Source: Octopus vulgaris
Lineage: Eukaryota
Assembly: GCA_951406725.2 (NCBI GenBank)
Contig: OX597815.1
Span: 128,774,001 to 128,838,000 of the forward strand
Direction of reading: 5' to 3'
DNA length: 64,000 nucleotides
The notes below the pieces were generated by a model. The model did not search any database and was not told where the DNA came from. It saw only the letters and a program-made list of their open reading frames with translations. The position numbers and the translations under genes are program-made. Positions 25,257 to 38,511 of this stretch are shown here, in pieces. The number at the start of each line of letters is the position of its first letter. The first letter of the stretch is position 1.

Positions 25257-25619
25257 CTCTAAAAGCAGGACAATGTTCAGTCCTTCAAATTTACTTTGAA
25301 TGATCATGACTTCAACTTCAGATACTATATTACATCATTCTCTTCTTATACAGTTTTTTCTTACTTTTTGCAGACACTGCTTGACAATTTTAACTTCAGT
25401 TGAAACACACATTATAGATCCATCATTTTCTAATGACTTCTATATTTTCCAAATGCTAGATATCTTTCTTTCTTAAATTTTCCACTGTCTAAAAATATTT
25501 AGCTGTTAATGCTGTTAAGTCAAATTACAATAACTTACTTTGCCAATTTTTGATATTATTTTTAAGCTCATGTACATGTGTGTATTCTTATATAGAAGCA
25601 CAGTTTAATTGTATCTATT

Positions 25620-25994
25620 ACTCTTTTACTTGTTTCAGTCATTTGACTGTGGCCATGCTGGAGCATGGCCTTTAGTTGAGGAAATCGACTCCAGGACTCA
25701 TTCTTTCTAAGCCTAGTACTTATTCTATTGATCTCTTTTGGCGAACTGCTAAGTTACGGGGACGTAAACACACCAGCATCTGTTGTCAAGCGATGTTGGG
25801 GGGACAAACACAAACACACACACATATACATATATACGATGGGCTTCTTTCAGTTTCTGTCTATCAAATCCACTCACATGGCTTTGGTCAACCCGAAGCT
25901 ATAGTAGAAGACACTTGCCCAAGGTGCCATGCAGTGGGACTGAACCTGGAACCATGTGGTTGGTAAGGAAGCTACTTACCACACAGCCACTCCT
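25620..25994 (-). mobile_element. SINE family A
   Basis: Full-length copy with internal (CA)/(TA) tract. Confidence 0.85.
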
Positions 25995-27471
25995 GTGCCT
26001 ATTGTAAAATTTTATAACTTTTCTTATTAGTCAATCAGAAAGATAGGGCATTGATCTAGTCCTTCATAAGCTTACTCAAACTGGAGATTAATAGGGGTTG
26101 ATGTTTAGTTTAAGCAGCTATAGAAACCAATAGAAAAACATAAATGAATAGGGAATTTTCAGATGATTTACCCCCCCCCCCTACCCCATCCAGTTATTGA
26201 ACTCTGACAGCATTATCAAAGTAAATACCATTCAAGATTTTCAAAAATATGGGGGTAGATTTCTATTATTGAATAACGATGATGATTCACTACGTTGATG
26301 TAATCGACTTGCTCCTCCCCTAAAATTGCTGGCATTGTGCCAAAATTCGAAACCTCTAAAAGCAGGACAATGTTCAGTCCTTCAGAATCAGTGTAACACA
26401 GCATGAGACAAATCTGAATTACAGGTAGAATCCATATGACAAGCTTCTATACAGTTTCTGCCACCCCAGTTTCACTAACAAGGTACGGAGCAAGCCAAGA
26501 TTATGGAAAATTACATTTGCTCAAGATACCATGCAGTGGGATTGAATCCAGGACCTCATGGCTGTGAAATAAATGTCTTAACCATTCAGTCATACTATGC
26601 TTACTCAAAAACATACACCACATACAAATCAAAACTTTGAGTATCTCCTTGCTTTTTCAGTTCAAATGTTGTCAAACAGGGGTCCAATAAGTAAAATACC
26701 AGTCTACTGCAGTAGCCTGGAAAAACCATCAAAGTATTGGACTAGATGACTATTTACTCAATTATTGCTTCTGGCTCTTTGCATTCTGAATTCTGCCATG
26801 GTCTCCAGTTTGAGAGTACCTTTCTCCTCCCAACACAAGTCTCAGACAGTCTATAAATAATCATGGGTATTGCCCCTCATGACAAAACAATAAAAAAGTG
26901 TACAAGTTACAGCAATAACTTCATCATCTTTTGCCACCCACATTCCATGCTGGCAAGGGTTGAATGATTTGACAGGATCCAAAGGGCCCAAGGACTACAT
27001 CGTGCTCCAATATTTGCTTTAGCATAGTTTACTATAGCAGAATGCCTTTCTTAATGTCACTTTATAACATGTAGTTCTATAGTTTTCAATCAGTATATTC
27101 CTATGGACCTCCTTTATTCATAATTTACTCAACTGGATCCTGATAGCCATTTGATGTTTAAAAAAATCCTATTATATTTTTATAATTAAATATTATTGGG
27201 AATTATACTTTTAAAAATTGTTAAAATATTTCATGTATTGTAAAGGTATAACTAATTAATTGCACATAAATTTTAACAACCAAATCTTATATTGACACCC
27301 CACCCCGCCCCAAGGGTCATATGGGCCCTGGCTGAGAATTTCTGATGTACTGGTGGCTCTATGAGCATCAAGTGGCAGGGGAAGGGGAAACTTTATGCAA
27401 GGGAAATAGGGTAAAGAGAAATAAAGTATGAGAGAAAAAGGTGAGAACAAGTCCTTCTATAAAATTCCTTT

Positions 27472-27688
27472 CTATTATAGGCACACAGCCTGAAATTTTT
27501 TTTGGAGGGGAGGGGGGCCAATCAATTAGATCAACCATAGTACACAACTGGTACTTAATTTATCAACCCCTGAGAGGATGAAAGGCAAAGTCGACCTTGG
27601 TAGAATTTGAACTCAAAATGTAGCGACAGATGAAATACTACTAAGCATTTCGCCTGGCATGCTAACAATTCCGCCAGCTCACTGCCTT
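27472..27688 (-). mobile_element. SINE family B
   Basis: Reverse-complement copy of the family B head and body. Confidence 0.75.
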
Positions 27689-30460
27689 AACTCCCTCTAT
27701 AATATTAGTTACGTAAAATTATTCTTTTTAAGTAAGTAACATTTTAAAAAATCTATAGCAATGCAAAAGCATGAATATGGTCACTTGACGTGCTTGGAAT
27801 GGCAGCTAAATCTCAACTCATGAAAAGACATTGAGTACAGTGGACCAGGATGGCAAATACACATATTGTGCAGTAAATAGATTAACAATTGATTAGTTTA
27901 GTTCAAACATCAATTTATGAGTTCTCCATGAAATTGCAGGAAATGACAATCTTACCATAATGATTAATGAAGAGAAGAGAAAAATATCAATCATCATTAA
28001 TATTGAAATTCTGTCAAGATATGTAAATTGGACAAGAATTTAAAATATTACAGCTGAATACTTACAAGAATATCTTTAGACGTAAGATAATCACACACAT
28101 ATGTACAGCAGATAGATATGCAGACAGATACATGCATGCATACAAGCAAAGCATAATGATCTAATAAGAATCTCAGAGTAAAACCTTTTATTTTCACATG
28201 ACCAAAATTATAATAAAAGAAAGTAACTTGTTTAAAGCCAGAAATATATTTTAACTGTAAAGAGGTATGAAAACAAATTAGAATATAAGGAAAATAACAT
28301 ATGCTTCTTTCACACAAAACAATTGTAGAAAGGAAAATAGTAGCATTCCTGACAGGCAGACAGCCACTGATACAGTCCAATCACTGATTACTGTCAAGCT
28401 ACATCCTCTCTTGTCACTTCTATTACTACGATAAGGACCTCTACTATCTTGTGTAATCTAAATGCTTCATTATGTAATTGCCTCTCTTGATTATTTCCCT
28501 TGCGATAATTACATCATTTATGTTTTTCTCACCCAACACTTCTCTGGGCCTCTGAAACAGGTAGTAAAAAAAATAACCCCAAATATTTTCAGAGTAGAGA
28601 CCTAGCCCTATCATTTGCAACAGTATGAACCTGACAAAAGGTACCCAAAGGCTAAGTTGTGATGTTAAACCAGGCAACTTATTCAGTCTATCACAGATTA
28701 ATTAATGCCAGCTCCAAAAGTGGGGAAGATTTCAAATGGCTACATCAGCTCCCATTTCTCCACAGATTTATAAATAAAAAGACAATCATTAAAGTTGAAC
28801 TGGTTAAACAAGATCAGTTCTTAGAATAGTGATTGCTACTGTAATTCTATTTCTTTTCAAGAATTGTAATAGCTGAATGCATGTCAGCTTCTTGTCTAAA
28901 TGATTGAGTTTCTACTAATTCAACACCAGTGCAACACTATATTTCTAAGAAGTCAATGAACTTTGCAGACATGGTCCACCCAGTTAAAAATCAAACAGCA
29001 TCATGCAGTGATTAATTAGCAACAACAACACCTCCAGAAGCATTTGATTGATGAGCAACGATTCAACTGTCTGCTACACTGAATTTGACGTCAGATGCAG
29101 TTAATCTTGCTATTATCCATTCTCACTATAAGGTTATAGACAGTGAAACAACAACAGAAAAGATTTTCAACAATACTGGAAAATATTTAATTGAATCTAG
29201 ATATACTATTAAGAAGTCCACTGATTGCTGGCTTTATACCAATCTCTCCATGTTAAAAGAAATCATGCACATATGTCTGCATAAAGAACTGTCATACTCA
29301 ATGCTGTTGGCAGCTAACACTAGTGTTCATTTGAAAGCAAAGCTGTTTAAAGCACTATTCAGCAATGCCCTAGATAATTTAAGAGTTGAGATAGATTAAC
29401 TCTTTCACAAGTGAAAAGGTAATGAAAAAAATAAAAAGAGAAAAGGAATAAGAAATGTTTTCTTAAAATTTCTTTAGTGAAGTCACTTGAAAAGAATTTC
29501 ACTTCTTTCTTCAAATGTCTGTTCATTCAGAACACACTAATGTTGGTGTGTTTATTTTTAAGTATATATTTATAAATCTATCCAACTATGGTACAGTAGA
29601 ACAATAGGTTAAGCTATCATATATCATTTAAAATATCCCAAGAAAGAAAGAAAATGTTTCAAGCTGTTAAGATGAAAACACCAATCTAGAAAAATAGAGG
29701 GCGGAGTTTCAGAATAAACATGTTCCTCTGCCCAGACTTTATTATTTGTGTTCATAATATTTTTACAGATTTCTATACTTTAAAAACATCAAAAATTGTG
29801 ATTCAACAAAAGAAAAAAAAGATGAAAACTGAAAATTTTAATTTTTTCCCTTCTTCTATCCATTGCCTTCTCCATTTCAGAGTAGTAAACTGTAGCTTTT
29901 TCCTTTTGAGTCTTGTAATTTATTTTTTTTGTTCTGAAATGTATGTTTTAACCACAGGAAATTATATCATCATCATTGTTTCAATGTCTCCTTCTCTAAG
30001 CTACATAGGGTAGACAAAGTTCATCAAGGCAGATTTTCTGTGGGCAGATTCCTTTCTTGTTGTCAGCGCACACTTGTTTCCAAGAAAAGTAATATTACCC
30101 TTTGGCAAGATGTCTTCACAGACTAGAAATGTATGACATCACTTGCAAATACTACACAATACCAAAGGGAGAAAAGCCCCTTCTTCACATACACAATAGG
30201 CTTCTTTCAGTTTCCATCTACCAAATCCATTAACAAGGATTTGTTTAGTCTGCAGCTCTAGTAGAAGACACCCAAGGTACAAAACAATGTGATTGAACCT
30301 GAAACCCTGTGGCTGGAAAGTAAAATTTTCAACCACACAACCATGCCTGAGTCTTTATCAATTGTAAAAATTATATTTATAATTCTGCAAAAATGATTTT
30401 CACAGTAATTCAATTTTGTTTTTAATTTCCTAACATATACATTTCAGAATACCAATTTTA

Positions 30461-30843
30461 TTCTTTTACTTGTTTCAGTCATTTGACTGTGGCCATGCTG
30501 GAGCATTGCCTTTAGTCGAACAAATTGACCCCATGACTTAATTTTTGTAAGCCTAGTACTTATTCTATCAGTTCCTTTTGCCAAACTGCTAAGTTACGGG
30601 GAATGTACACACACCAGCATCGGTTGTCAAGTGATGGTGGGGGGACAAACATAGACACACAAGCACACACACACACACACACATATACAACGGGCTTCTT
30701 TCAGTTTCTGTCTACCAAATCCACTCTCAAGGCTTTGATCAGCCCAAGGCAATAGTAGAAAACACTTGCCCAAGATGCCACGCAGTGGGACTGAACCCAG
30801 AACCAAATGGTTGGAAATCAAGCTACTTACCACAGTCACTCCT
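30461..30843 (-). mobile_element. SINE family A
   Basis: Full-length copy; a partial copy lies at about 30194-30348. Confidence 0.85.
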
Positions 30844-30949
30844 GTGCCTATTGTATATTTTTACTTCTGACTTATAAGAATTTCTGATCCCCCACACCCC
30901 TAAAATACAAATTCAATATTGTTCTGAAAAGATTAACTACAGGGAAGGT

Positions 30950-31287
30950 ACATTATTTACATTTGACAGATATTTGTCCTCATCTTGTTTGTTGTTAACA
31001 AAACATTTCAGCTGATATACCCTCCAGCCTTCTTCAGGTGTCTTGGGAAAATTTTGAACCTGGGTTCTCATTCCTAAGGTATTTTTTGATGTTGTTGTTA
31101 TTATTGTTGTTGTTGTTGTTGATGTCGAAAAATACCATAGGAATGAGAACCCAGGTTTGAAATTTCCCCAAGACACCTGAAGAAGGCTGGAGGATACATC
31201 AGCCAAAACGTTGCGTTAACAACAAACAGGATGAGGACAAATATATGTCAAATGTAAATAATTCCTCATCTCTTAAATATAGAACTG
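30950..31287 (+). mobile_element. Fold-back Penelope-like insertion with two inverted hammerhead motifs
   Basis: Inverted arms of about 140 bp around a (gtt)n spacer. 12-bp TSD tacagggaaggt at 30938-30949 and 31288-31299. CTGAAGA core in both arms. Confidence 0.78.
31172..31217 (+). ncRNA. Minimal type I hammerhead ribozyme relic
   Basis: gacac CTGAAGA a ggctg [gaggatacat] cagcc aAAA cgt t gcgtt. G12 is lost in this copy but retained in the inverted copy at 30997-31042. Confidence 0.65.
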
Positions 31288-31789
31288 TACAGGGAAGGTG
31301 CTTATTATTCTTAAACTCTGTCCAATGGGAAATTTCTTTTAAATAATTTTAGATTTAAGCTTTGGGACACTTCCCTAATTTGCAGGAAACATCAGTTCTT
31401 CTTTGGTTCAATCTAGGGTCAATTTAATCCTTTATATTTCTCTCTCATAAATTTATAACTTTGTGCCAATATAAGAAATACACATACACTATGATCAAGG
31501 AGAACAAGATGTAGACTCTAAGCCAACCTTAACTGTAACTTTCATTTTCTGCAAAGGCCATTCCACTTCAGTTATGCCACAATGGCCTTCAGAAAGGTAT
31601 CATTGCTACAACATTCTATTTACCACCTTCATATAAAAATATATAGGTTTTTATGTTTAGTCAAAAGAAATGTAAAAACTGCAACAGTGTGCTAACTAAC
31701 CTCATTTAGATATTGTATTCTCCATGGATTGAAGGTGTATTTACAGTTTGTCTTACAAACTAAATGAAGGTTGTTTTGCAACACTTGTT

Positions 31790-32485
31790 AGCAAGAAAGC
31801 AGATAAAACTCTGTCAGGCCTTGCTCAGTTTGTAGGAAAGGAGTAGGAAGTAATTCCATGTGCTGCACCAAATGTAAGCTATGGACACATAAGTGATGCA
31901 GTGGAATGGCTGGTAGATTAACAGGTAAGGTCACTTTTGTGTGTGGCAGATGTGCATGAACAATAAGCAGTAAGAGCACACAGGACTTAGACTCTCTCAA
32001 ATGCCTAGGAGGCTTTCTCGAAGTAGAAGATAGTTTCTGTCACCTAGGTGACCAAATTAGCAATGGGGTGGATGTGCTGAAAGTACTGTTTCTTGAATAC
32101 AAATTGAATGGAGAAAGTTCAGAGAGCTACTACGTTTGTTGGTAGCAAAAGGACTCTCTCTCAGAGAGAAAGGTAGAATGTATGATGCTTGTGTATGAAC
32201 AACTATACTCTATGGGCTCTGGGGGCAGAGGACACGCGTATACTAGAAAGAAATGAAGGCAGTGTGCTCCGCTGGATGTGCAGTGTCAATGTGCATGAAC
32301 GACAAAGCGCAAACATGTTGAAAAAATTTGGGTATAAGAGGAATCAAATGCAGCATTCAAGAGAGGAGACTACATTGGTTTGGATATGTGATGCATATGA
32401 ATGAAGACAGCTTGTATAAAGAAGTGCCGATCACTGAAAGTGGATGGCACCTATGGAAATGGGAGACCCAGGAAGACATGGGATA
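31790..32485 (+). mobile_element. RTE-type LINE 3' fragment
   Basis: Same family as 20230-21215 and 22035-23317 (LERNEGSVLRWMCSV). Confidence 0.75.
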
Positions 32486-33771
32486 TCTGGCGATATGAAG
32501 TTCTAGAGAAGAACTGCCCATGTCTGTGAATCTAAGTTCTAGAAGCCTTGTGTCCCACCCACATGTAACAATAAAACTTTCATTCACCCTACTCTACAAA
32601 CCTATCTACATCCCCACCCCTTCCCAAAATATTTCTCTTCTGTTCCTCACATTTCCTCTTCATACACTATGATTATCTTCCACTCCTCAATCCAGTCTTT
32701 GCTACCCTGCTGACTGTATCGTTGCTTCCTCCCATCCTCCCTCTACATACCCAGATTTTCACCAGTCACAGCATTTCCTACACCCATACCCCAATCCACT
32801 CCTCACTACCCTGCTCACTGTAGTATTGCTTTCGCCATCCCATCCCCCTCTATATACCCAGATTCTCACCAGTCACAGCATCCCCCACCCCCACTTCTGA
32901 TTCATGACATCTTGGCAATACCTGCCAACACCTGTCACCGTTCATCTCCCGGTTCCTTACTCTACCATCCCATCTATGCCCTGATCCCTGTTCCTTGCAA
33001 ATGTATCATGGTACTTGATGCCATCCTTCTCCTGCTCTTGCTGTCTCTCTCTTTTCCTTGCATCCAACTATGCCAAAATAGACGCAAGTATGGCGCAGGA
33101 TCCTGTCAAACAGTCCAATCCATGTCAAAAAAGAAGGAGAACGTTAAACGATGATGATGACGATGACGACTGCAACCAACCACCTCATCTAACTTCAGTT
33201 GACCTACATTAAAGTTCCATTAATGTTCAAATCCTGAGGCTTCAGTAGAACCAATGTAAGTTACTCTAGAAAGAAAGGGTGTTCTTGGTTTGCAATGGTC
33301 ATGGAAACTTTCAGAGTACGTCACAATGCACAATACTTGAGCAATATCTCATCAGCCTAATTGCACAAGGTAGAAGTGATGAATAGCTGCAAATACTCAG
33401 TACCTTTTCCAACTTACAACTGGTATTTGTGAGGGTAAAAAAAAAGAAAGAAAATTTCACTACAATCACTGCTCTTGACACCTAGTAACTTGCTCAGGCT
33501 AAACTTGTGCGTTTGTAATGGCTGTTTAACTGTTTACTTGACTAAAGCATTTGTATATGTTTCTCCTTCAGCTACCCCTTGTTTTATATGTACAGAGTAA
33601 TGCAGAGCTTTCCTTTCATTAGTCCTAAGTTACACTGGTGGTCGAATATAAATAGAAATGTGTATCATATATGATGCATGAATGACAGGAAAATATATCT
33701 TGTTTACACAGAAAAGGCGAAGGGTTAAGAATTATATAACATTATTTATAATCAGTTAATTTTATTACATA

Positions 33772-36658
33772 CTAGCAGTATCGCCTGGCGTTGCACGGGT
33801 TTGTAAGGGAAATAATTATATAAGCATTTTTAGAGATGTAAAGTATAATAGCCATCTCAATATGGCTAACCCCAAAGGGGGGGGTTACTGTAGCTTTTTA
33901 CGCTCTAAGATTTAATAATAAATTTTTAGAGAGTTACTTCCCTTATATATGCCAAAAATGCATTAAAAATGGGAAAAATTGATGGTAAATTTTTTTTTAA
34001 ATCGTAGACTCATCGTAGACGCGCGCTAATACCCAGAAGGGCTCGATATGAATCACGACTATAAGATACCCGGTTTTGGTTAAACTGCACCGCAAAATGT
34101 GGGAGTAGTTAGGAATCTAAATCGTAGGAGACAGACAGCACACAACCTCACTTTTATATATAAAGAAGATATATAACACATATGTATACGATATATGGAT
34201 AATACAAAACCATATCTTCTTCTTTATATATAAAATTGAAGTTGTGTGTCTGTCTCCTACGATTTAGATTCCTAACTACTCCCACATTTTGCGGTGCAGT
34301 GTAACCAAAAGCGGTGATTCATATCGAGCCCTTCTGGGTATTAGCGCGCGTCTACGATGAGTCTACGATTTAAAAAAAATTTTATCATCATTTTTTCCCA
34401 TTTTAAATGCATTTCTTTGCTATTATATAAGGGAAGTAAACTCTCTAAAAATGTATTATTAAATCTCAGAACGTAAAAAGCTACAGTAACACCCCCCTTT
34501 GTTGTTAGCCATATTGAGATGGCTATTATACTTTACATCTCTAAAAATGCTTATATAGTTATTTCCCTTACAAACCCGAGCAACGCCGGGCAATACTGCT
34601 AGTCTTTATATATAAAAGTGAAGTTGTGTGTCTGTCTCCTACGATTTAGATTCCTAACTACTCCCACATTTTGCGGTGCAGTGTAACCAAAAGCAGGTAT
34701 CTTATAGTCGTGATTCATATTGAGCCTTCTGGGTATTAGCGTGCGTCTACGATGAGTCTACGATTTAAAAAAAAATTTTATCATCATTTTTTCCCATTTT
34801 AAATGCATTTCATTGCTATTATATAAGGGAAGTAACTCTCTAAAAATGTATTATTAAATCTCAGAACGTAAAAAGCTACAGTAACACCCCCCTTTGTGGT
34901 TAGACATATTGAGATGGCTATTATACTTTACATCTCTAAAAATGCTTATATAGTTATTTCCCTTACAAACCTGAGCAATGCCGGGCGATACTGCTAGTCT
35001 TTATATATAAAAGTGAAGTTGTGTGTCTGTCTTCTACGATTTAGATTCCTAACTACTCCCACATTTTGCGGTGCAGTGTAACCAAAAGCAGGTATCTTAT
35101 AGTCGTGATTCATATTGAGTCCTTCTGGGTATTAGCGCACGTCTATGATGAGTCTACGATTTAAAATTTAAAATTGTAGACTCATCGTTGACGCGTGCTA
35201 ATAGCCAGACGGGCTCGATATGAATCACGACTATAAGATACCCGAATTTGGTTAAACTGCACCGCAAAATGTGGGAGGAGTTAGGAATCTAAATCGAAGG
35301 GGACAGACACTCACACAACTAGAGTTTTATATATCTACTAGCAGTATCGCCCGGTGTTGCTCGGGTTTGTAAGGGAAATAACTATATAAGCATTTTTAGA
35401 GAGTTTCTTCCTTTATAGATGCCAATTCGGGCTTTCTTAGCCATTTCTGTTTTGGTGTCTTCAAGCCATGAAGTCGTTGTTCTAAAAGAACGCTGGTCTC
35501 CTTGACAACGCATTACGACGTTGATTTCCTTACACTCCCTTCCCCACAGCTTCACGAGGGAGGGAAGAAGGGGAGAAGCAAACACAGGTGCAGGTGTTTG
35601 AGCGTGGACGCCAACTCCGCCGCCATCGACACACAAAAAATTATGCATTAAAATGGAATAAAAAATGATGTTAAATTATTTTTAAAATCGTAGACTCATC
35701 GTAGACGCGCGCTAATAGCCAGACGGGCTCGATATTAATCCCGACTATAAGATAAAACTCTAGTTGTGTGAGTGTCTGTCTCCTACGATTTAGATTCCTA
35801 ACTCCTCCCACATTTTGCGGTGCAGTTTAACCAAATTCGGGTATCTTATAGTCGTGATTCATATCGAGCCCGTCTGAGTATTAGCGCGCGTCTACGATGA
35901 GTCTACGATTTTAAAAATAATTTAACATCATTTTTTATTCCATTTTAATGCATAATATTTCGTGTGTCGATGGCGGCGGAGTTGGCGTCCACGGTCACAC
36001 CTGCACCTGTTTGCTTCTCCCCTTCTTCCCTCCCTCGTGAAGCTGTGGGGAAGGGAGTGTAAGGAAATCAACGTCGTAATGCGTTGTCAAGGAGACCAGC
36101 GTTCTTTTAGAACAACGACTTCATGGCTTGAAGACACTGAGTCAACGATTTAAAAAAAAATTATCATCATTTTTTTATTCCATTTTTAATGCATTTTTTT
36201 GCCATAACTCTCTAAAAATGCTTATATAGTTATTTCCCTTACAAACCCGAGCAACGCCGGGCGATACTGCTAGTCTTTATATATAAAAGTGAAGTTGTGT
36301 GTCTGTCTCCTACGATTTAGATTCCTAACTACTCCCACATTTTGCGGTGCAGTTTAACCCAAACCGGGTATCTTATAGTCGTGATTCATATCGAGCCCTT
36401 CTGGGTATTAGCGCGCGTCTACGATGAGTCTACGATTTAAAAAAAATTTAACATCATTTTTTCCATTTTGATGCATTTTTTCGCTATTATATAAGGGAAG
36501 TAACTCTCTAAAAATGTCTACGATGAGTCAACGATTTAAAAAAAAATTTACCATAATTTTTTTCCCATTTTTAATGCATTTTTTTGCTATAACTCTCTAA
36601 AAATGCTTATATAGTTATTTCCCTTACAAACCCGAGCAACGCCGGGCGATACTGCTAG
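33772..36658. mobile_element. Cluster of about 8 non-autonomous Helitron copies or fragments in both orientations
   Basis: Copies: 33772-34166(-), 34221-34602(+), 34603-34997(+), 34998-~35164(+, truncated), ~35168-35334(-, truncated), 35338-~35753(-), ~35753-36273(+), 36274-36658(+). They share the TCTTTATATATAAAA 5' end and the hairpin-CTAG 3' end. Confidence 0.88.
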
Positions 36659-38095
36659 TTGAAATATAAATCCTAAATAATAGTCATGATTCTTCCATAA
36701 TAGAAGTTTCTACAAAAGAAGGACAAAGCAAACAATAAAGAAAAAGAGAAGAGAAAATAAAGTAAAAAACTAGCAACGAAGCACGAAGTGCTTCAATTGG
36801 TCGCACACCAAAATGTTCAACGGAACCTACTGAAGCAAGCCAGCACGCTCATTAGAATTCTGTTAAATGACTAATATGTCTGAGAGAATAAGAGAGATTA
36901 ATAGAAGCAGAATAATAAAGAAACCGAATCATGTCCCACACCTGAAAAGTATATCTGTCTATATCTATGTATATACTTCAACGATGTCGAAGACCATGTT
37001 TGTTCTGTTTCTCCGTATGTAATACACCTAAAATAATTTCAAGTAAAACAATTTTCTCATAAACTTAATAAATGACAGCATGAAAACACATATTTAAAAA
37101 TAAAAAAAAAACAAACAAAAACGTCAGAATTTTATAACTTGTAAGAAAAATCAATCTGAAGAATATGTCGGAAATAATTATTGTCAGTTTTGACAGTAGT
37201 TGCACACTAGCATTAAAATAATGAGATTAATCAACGCTCGAAAGTGAAGCATAAAAACTTATTTCTGAATATTTCTTCATTCTTTTCACAACATACCAAA
37301 CGCATTTTAAAGTTGAAACTTTATAGATCACCTTACATAGGTTTCCACAATGGTCGAACTAAAATGGTTTTCGGTGTTCCCTCGTTAACTTTTTACTTGT
37401 CATTTTCATTTCTTCCCAATTACACTCCGAAGCACATGCACATGTAAACAACTATATAAAACCCTCTTTCCCCCGACAATGTCAGCGATCTTTTATTTTT
37501 TGATCCGTGATCATAAAATGAAACTCGACACTAATCATAATAACTTATCAACGAAACGAAAGAGAATGTTATCTGGAATCATTGACTCTAGAATGATGAA
37601 GCCTATTATGATTTATCTCTGTACGTGAAGTCCTAATAAGCAAATGATAGCAAAACGGTTAACATGCTGTATACAGTCGTAAAAAAAGTAAAAGTAAGAT
37701 GTCCTAAAAAATCGCCCCGAAAGTGACAACACTGACATCCCAAAATTCCATGAAAAGAATGAAAACTACCTCATTATGTCACGTCCACAGGCACTTTACA
37801 CGTATAATGAATTCTAACGATGTTATATATTATACAAATACACCGTTCGAACACACTATACCCAACAACGAATATTTAATTTACCGAGAAAGCAATTAAA
37901 TCGATGATTTGCATGTCAGCATGCTAGCAATAATCCTGCACGGTTAATGGACGGTAGTAAAGTAACGGACGGGAAAATGGTGCTGTTACTGTGGATTTAC
38001 TAAAACTATACGAGCTAGGATTAAATTTTTTTCTTTCTTTCTCATATGGGACTTCACTAGGAGTTTCAAATAAGAATGTGGGCGTAGAGACCCAT

Positions 38096-38511
38096 GATCT
38101 TTTCGGTTTGAACGGCAGTATTTTCTAGCGGTGTCATATGAAATTGTCACCCATAATAATGACCCTAGTATCGATCTATTGCATTTCAATCTGTTTTAGG
38201 GTTAGGTTTAGGGGTAGGCGGAAGGGTATCTTTTTTTCTTCAGAAATGTAAATAAACCCAATATGTTTCTTAAACGAGGGACATATTCATACGGCACAGA
38301 ATGTTTTCACCTCAATAGACGTCATTGATTGGTTGAAATCGCAGAAATTGAAGAAAAAACAACAACAAATATCTTACAAACTATAGAATTTTCTCAATAA
38401 AGCCAAGAGAAAAAGATGTTTTATAAACACATTCTACCAGTATACGAAGTTTAAAAGTGTTTAGTTACGTGGAAATTATTTTAAAAAACTGCCGTTCAAA
38501 CCGAAAAGATC
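38096..38511. mobile_element. MITE with 24-bp perfect TIRs
   Basis: gatcttttcggtttgaacggcagt at 38096 and its reverse complement at 38488-38511. Internal ttaggg-like tract. Confidence 0.8.

Noticed and set aside
25320-25500. Coding-looking minus-strand stretch with a gtaaga donor
   Set aside because: All three frames hit stops from the plausible acceptors.
29085-29399. 104-aa plus-strand ORF
   Set aside because: No splice or motif support; more likely chance or a very old LINE remnant.
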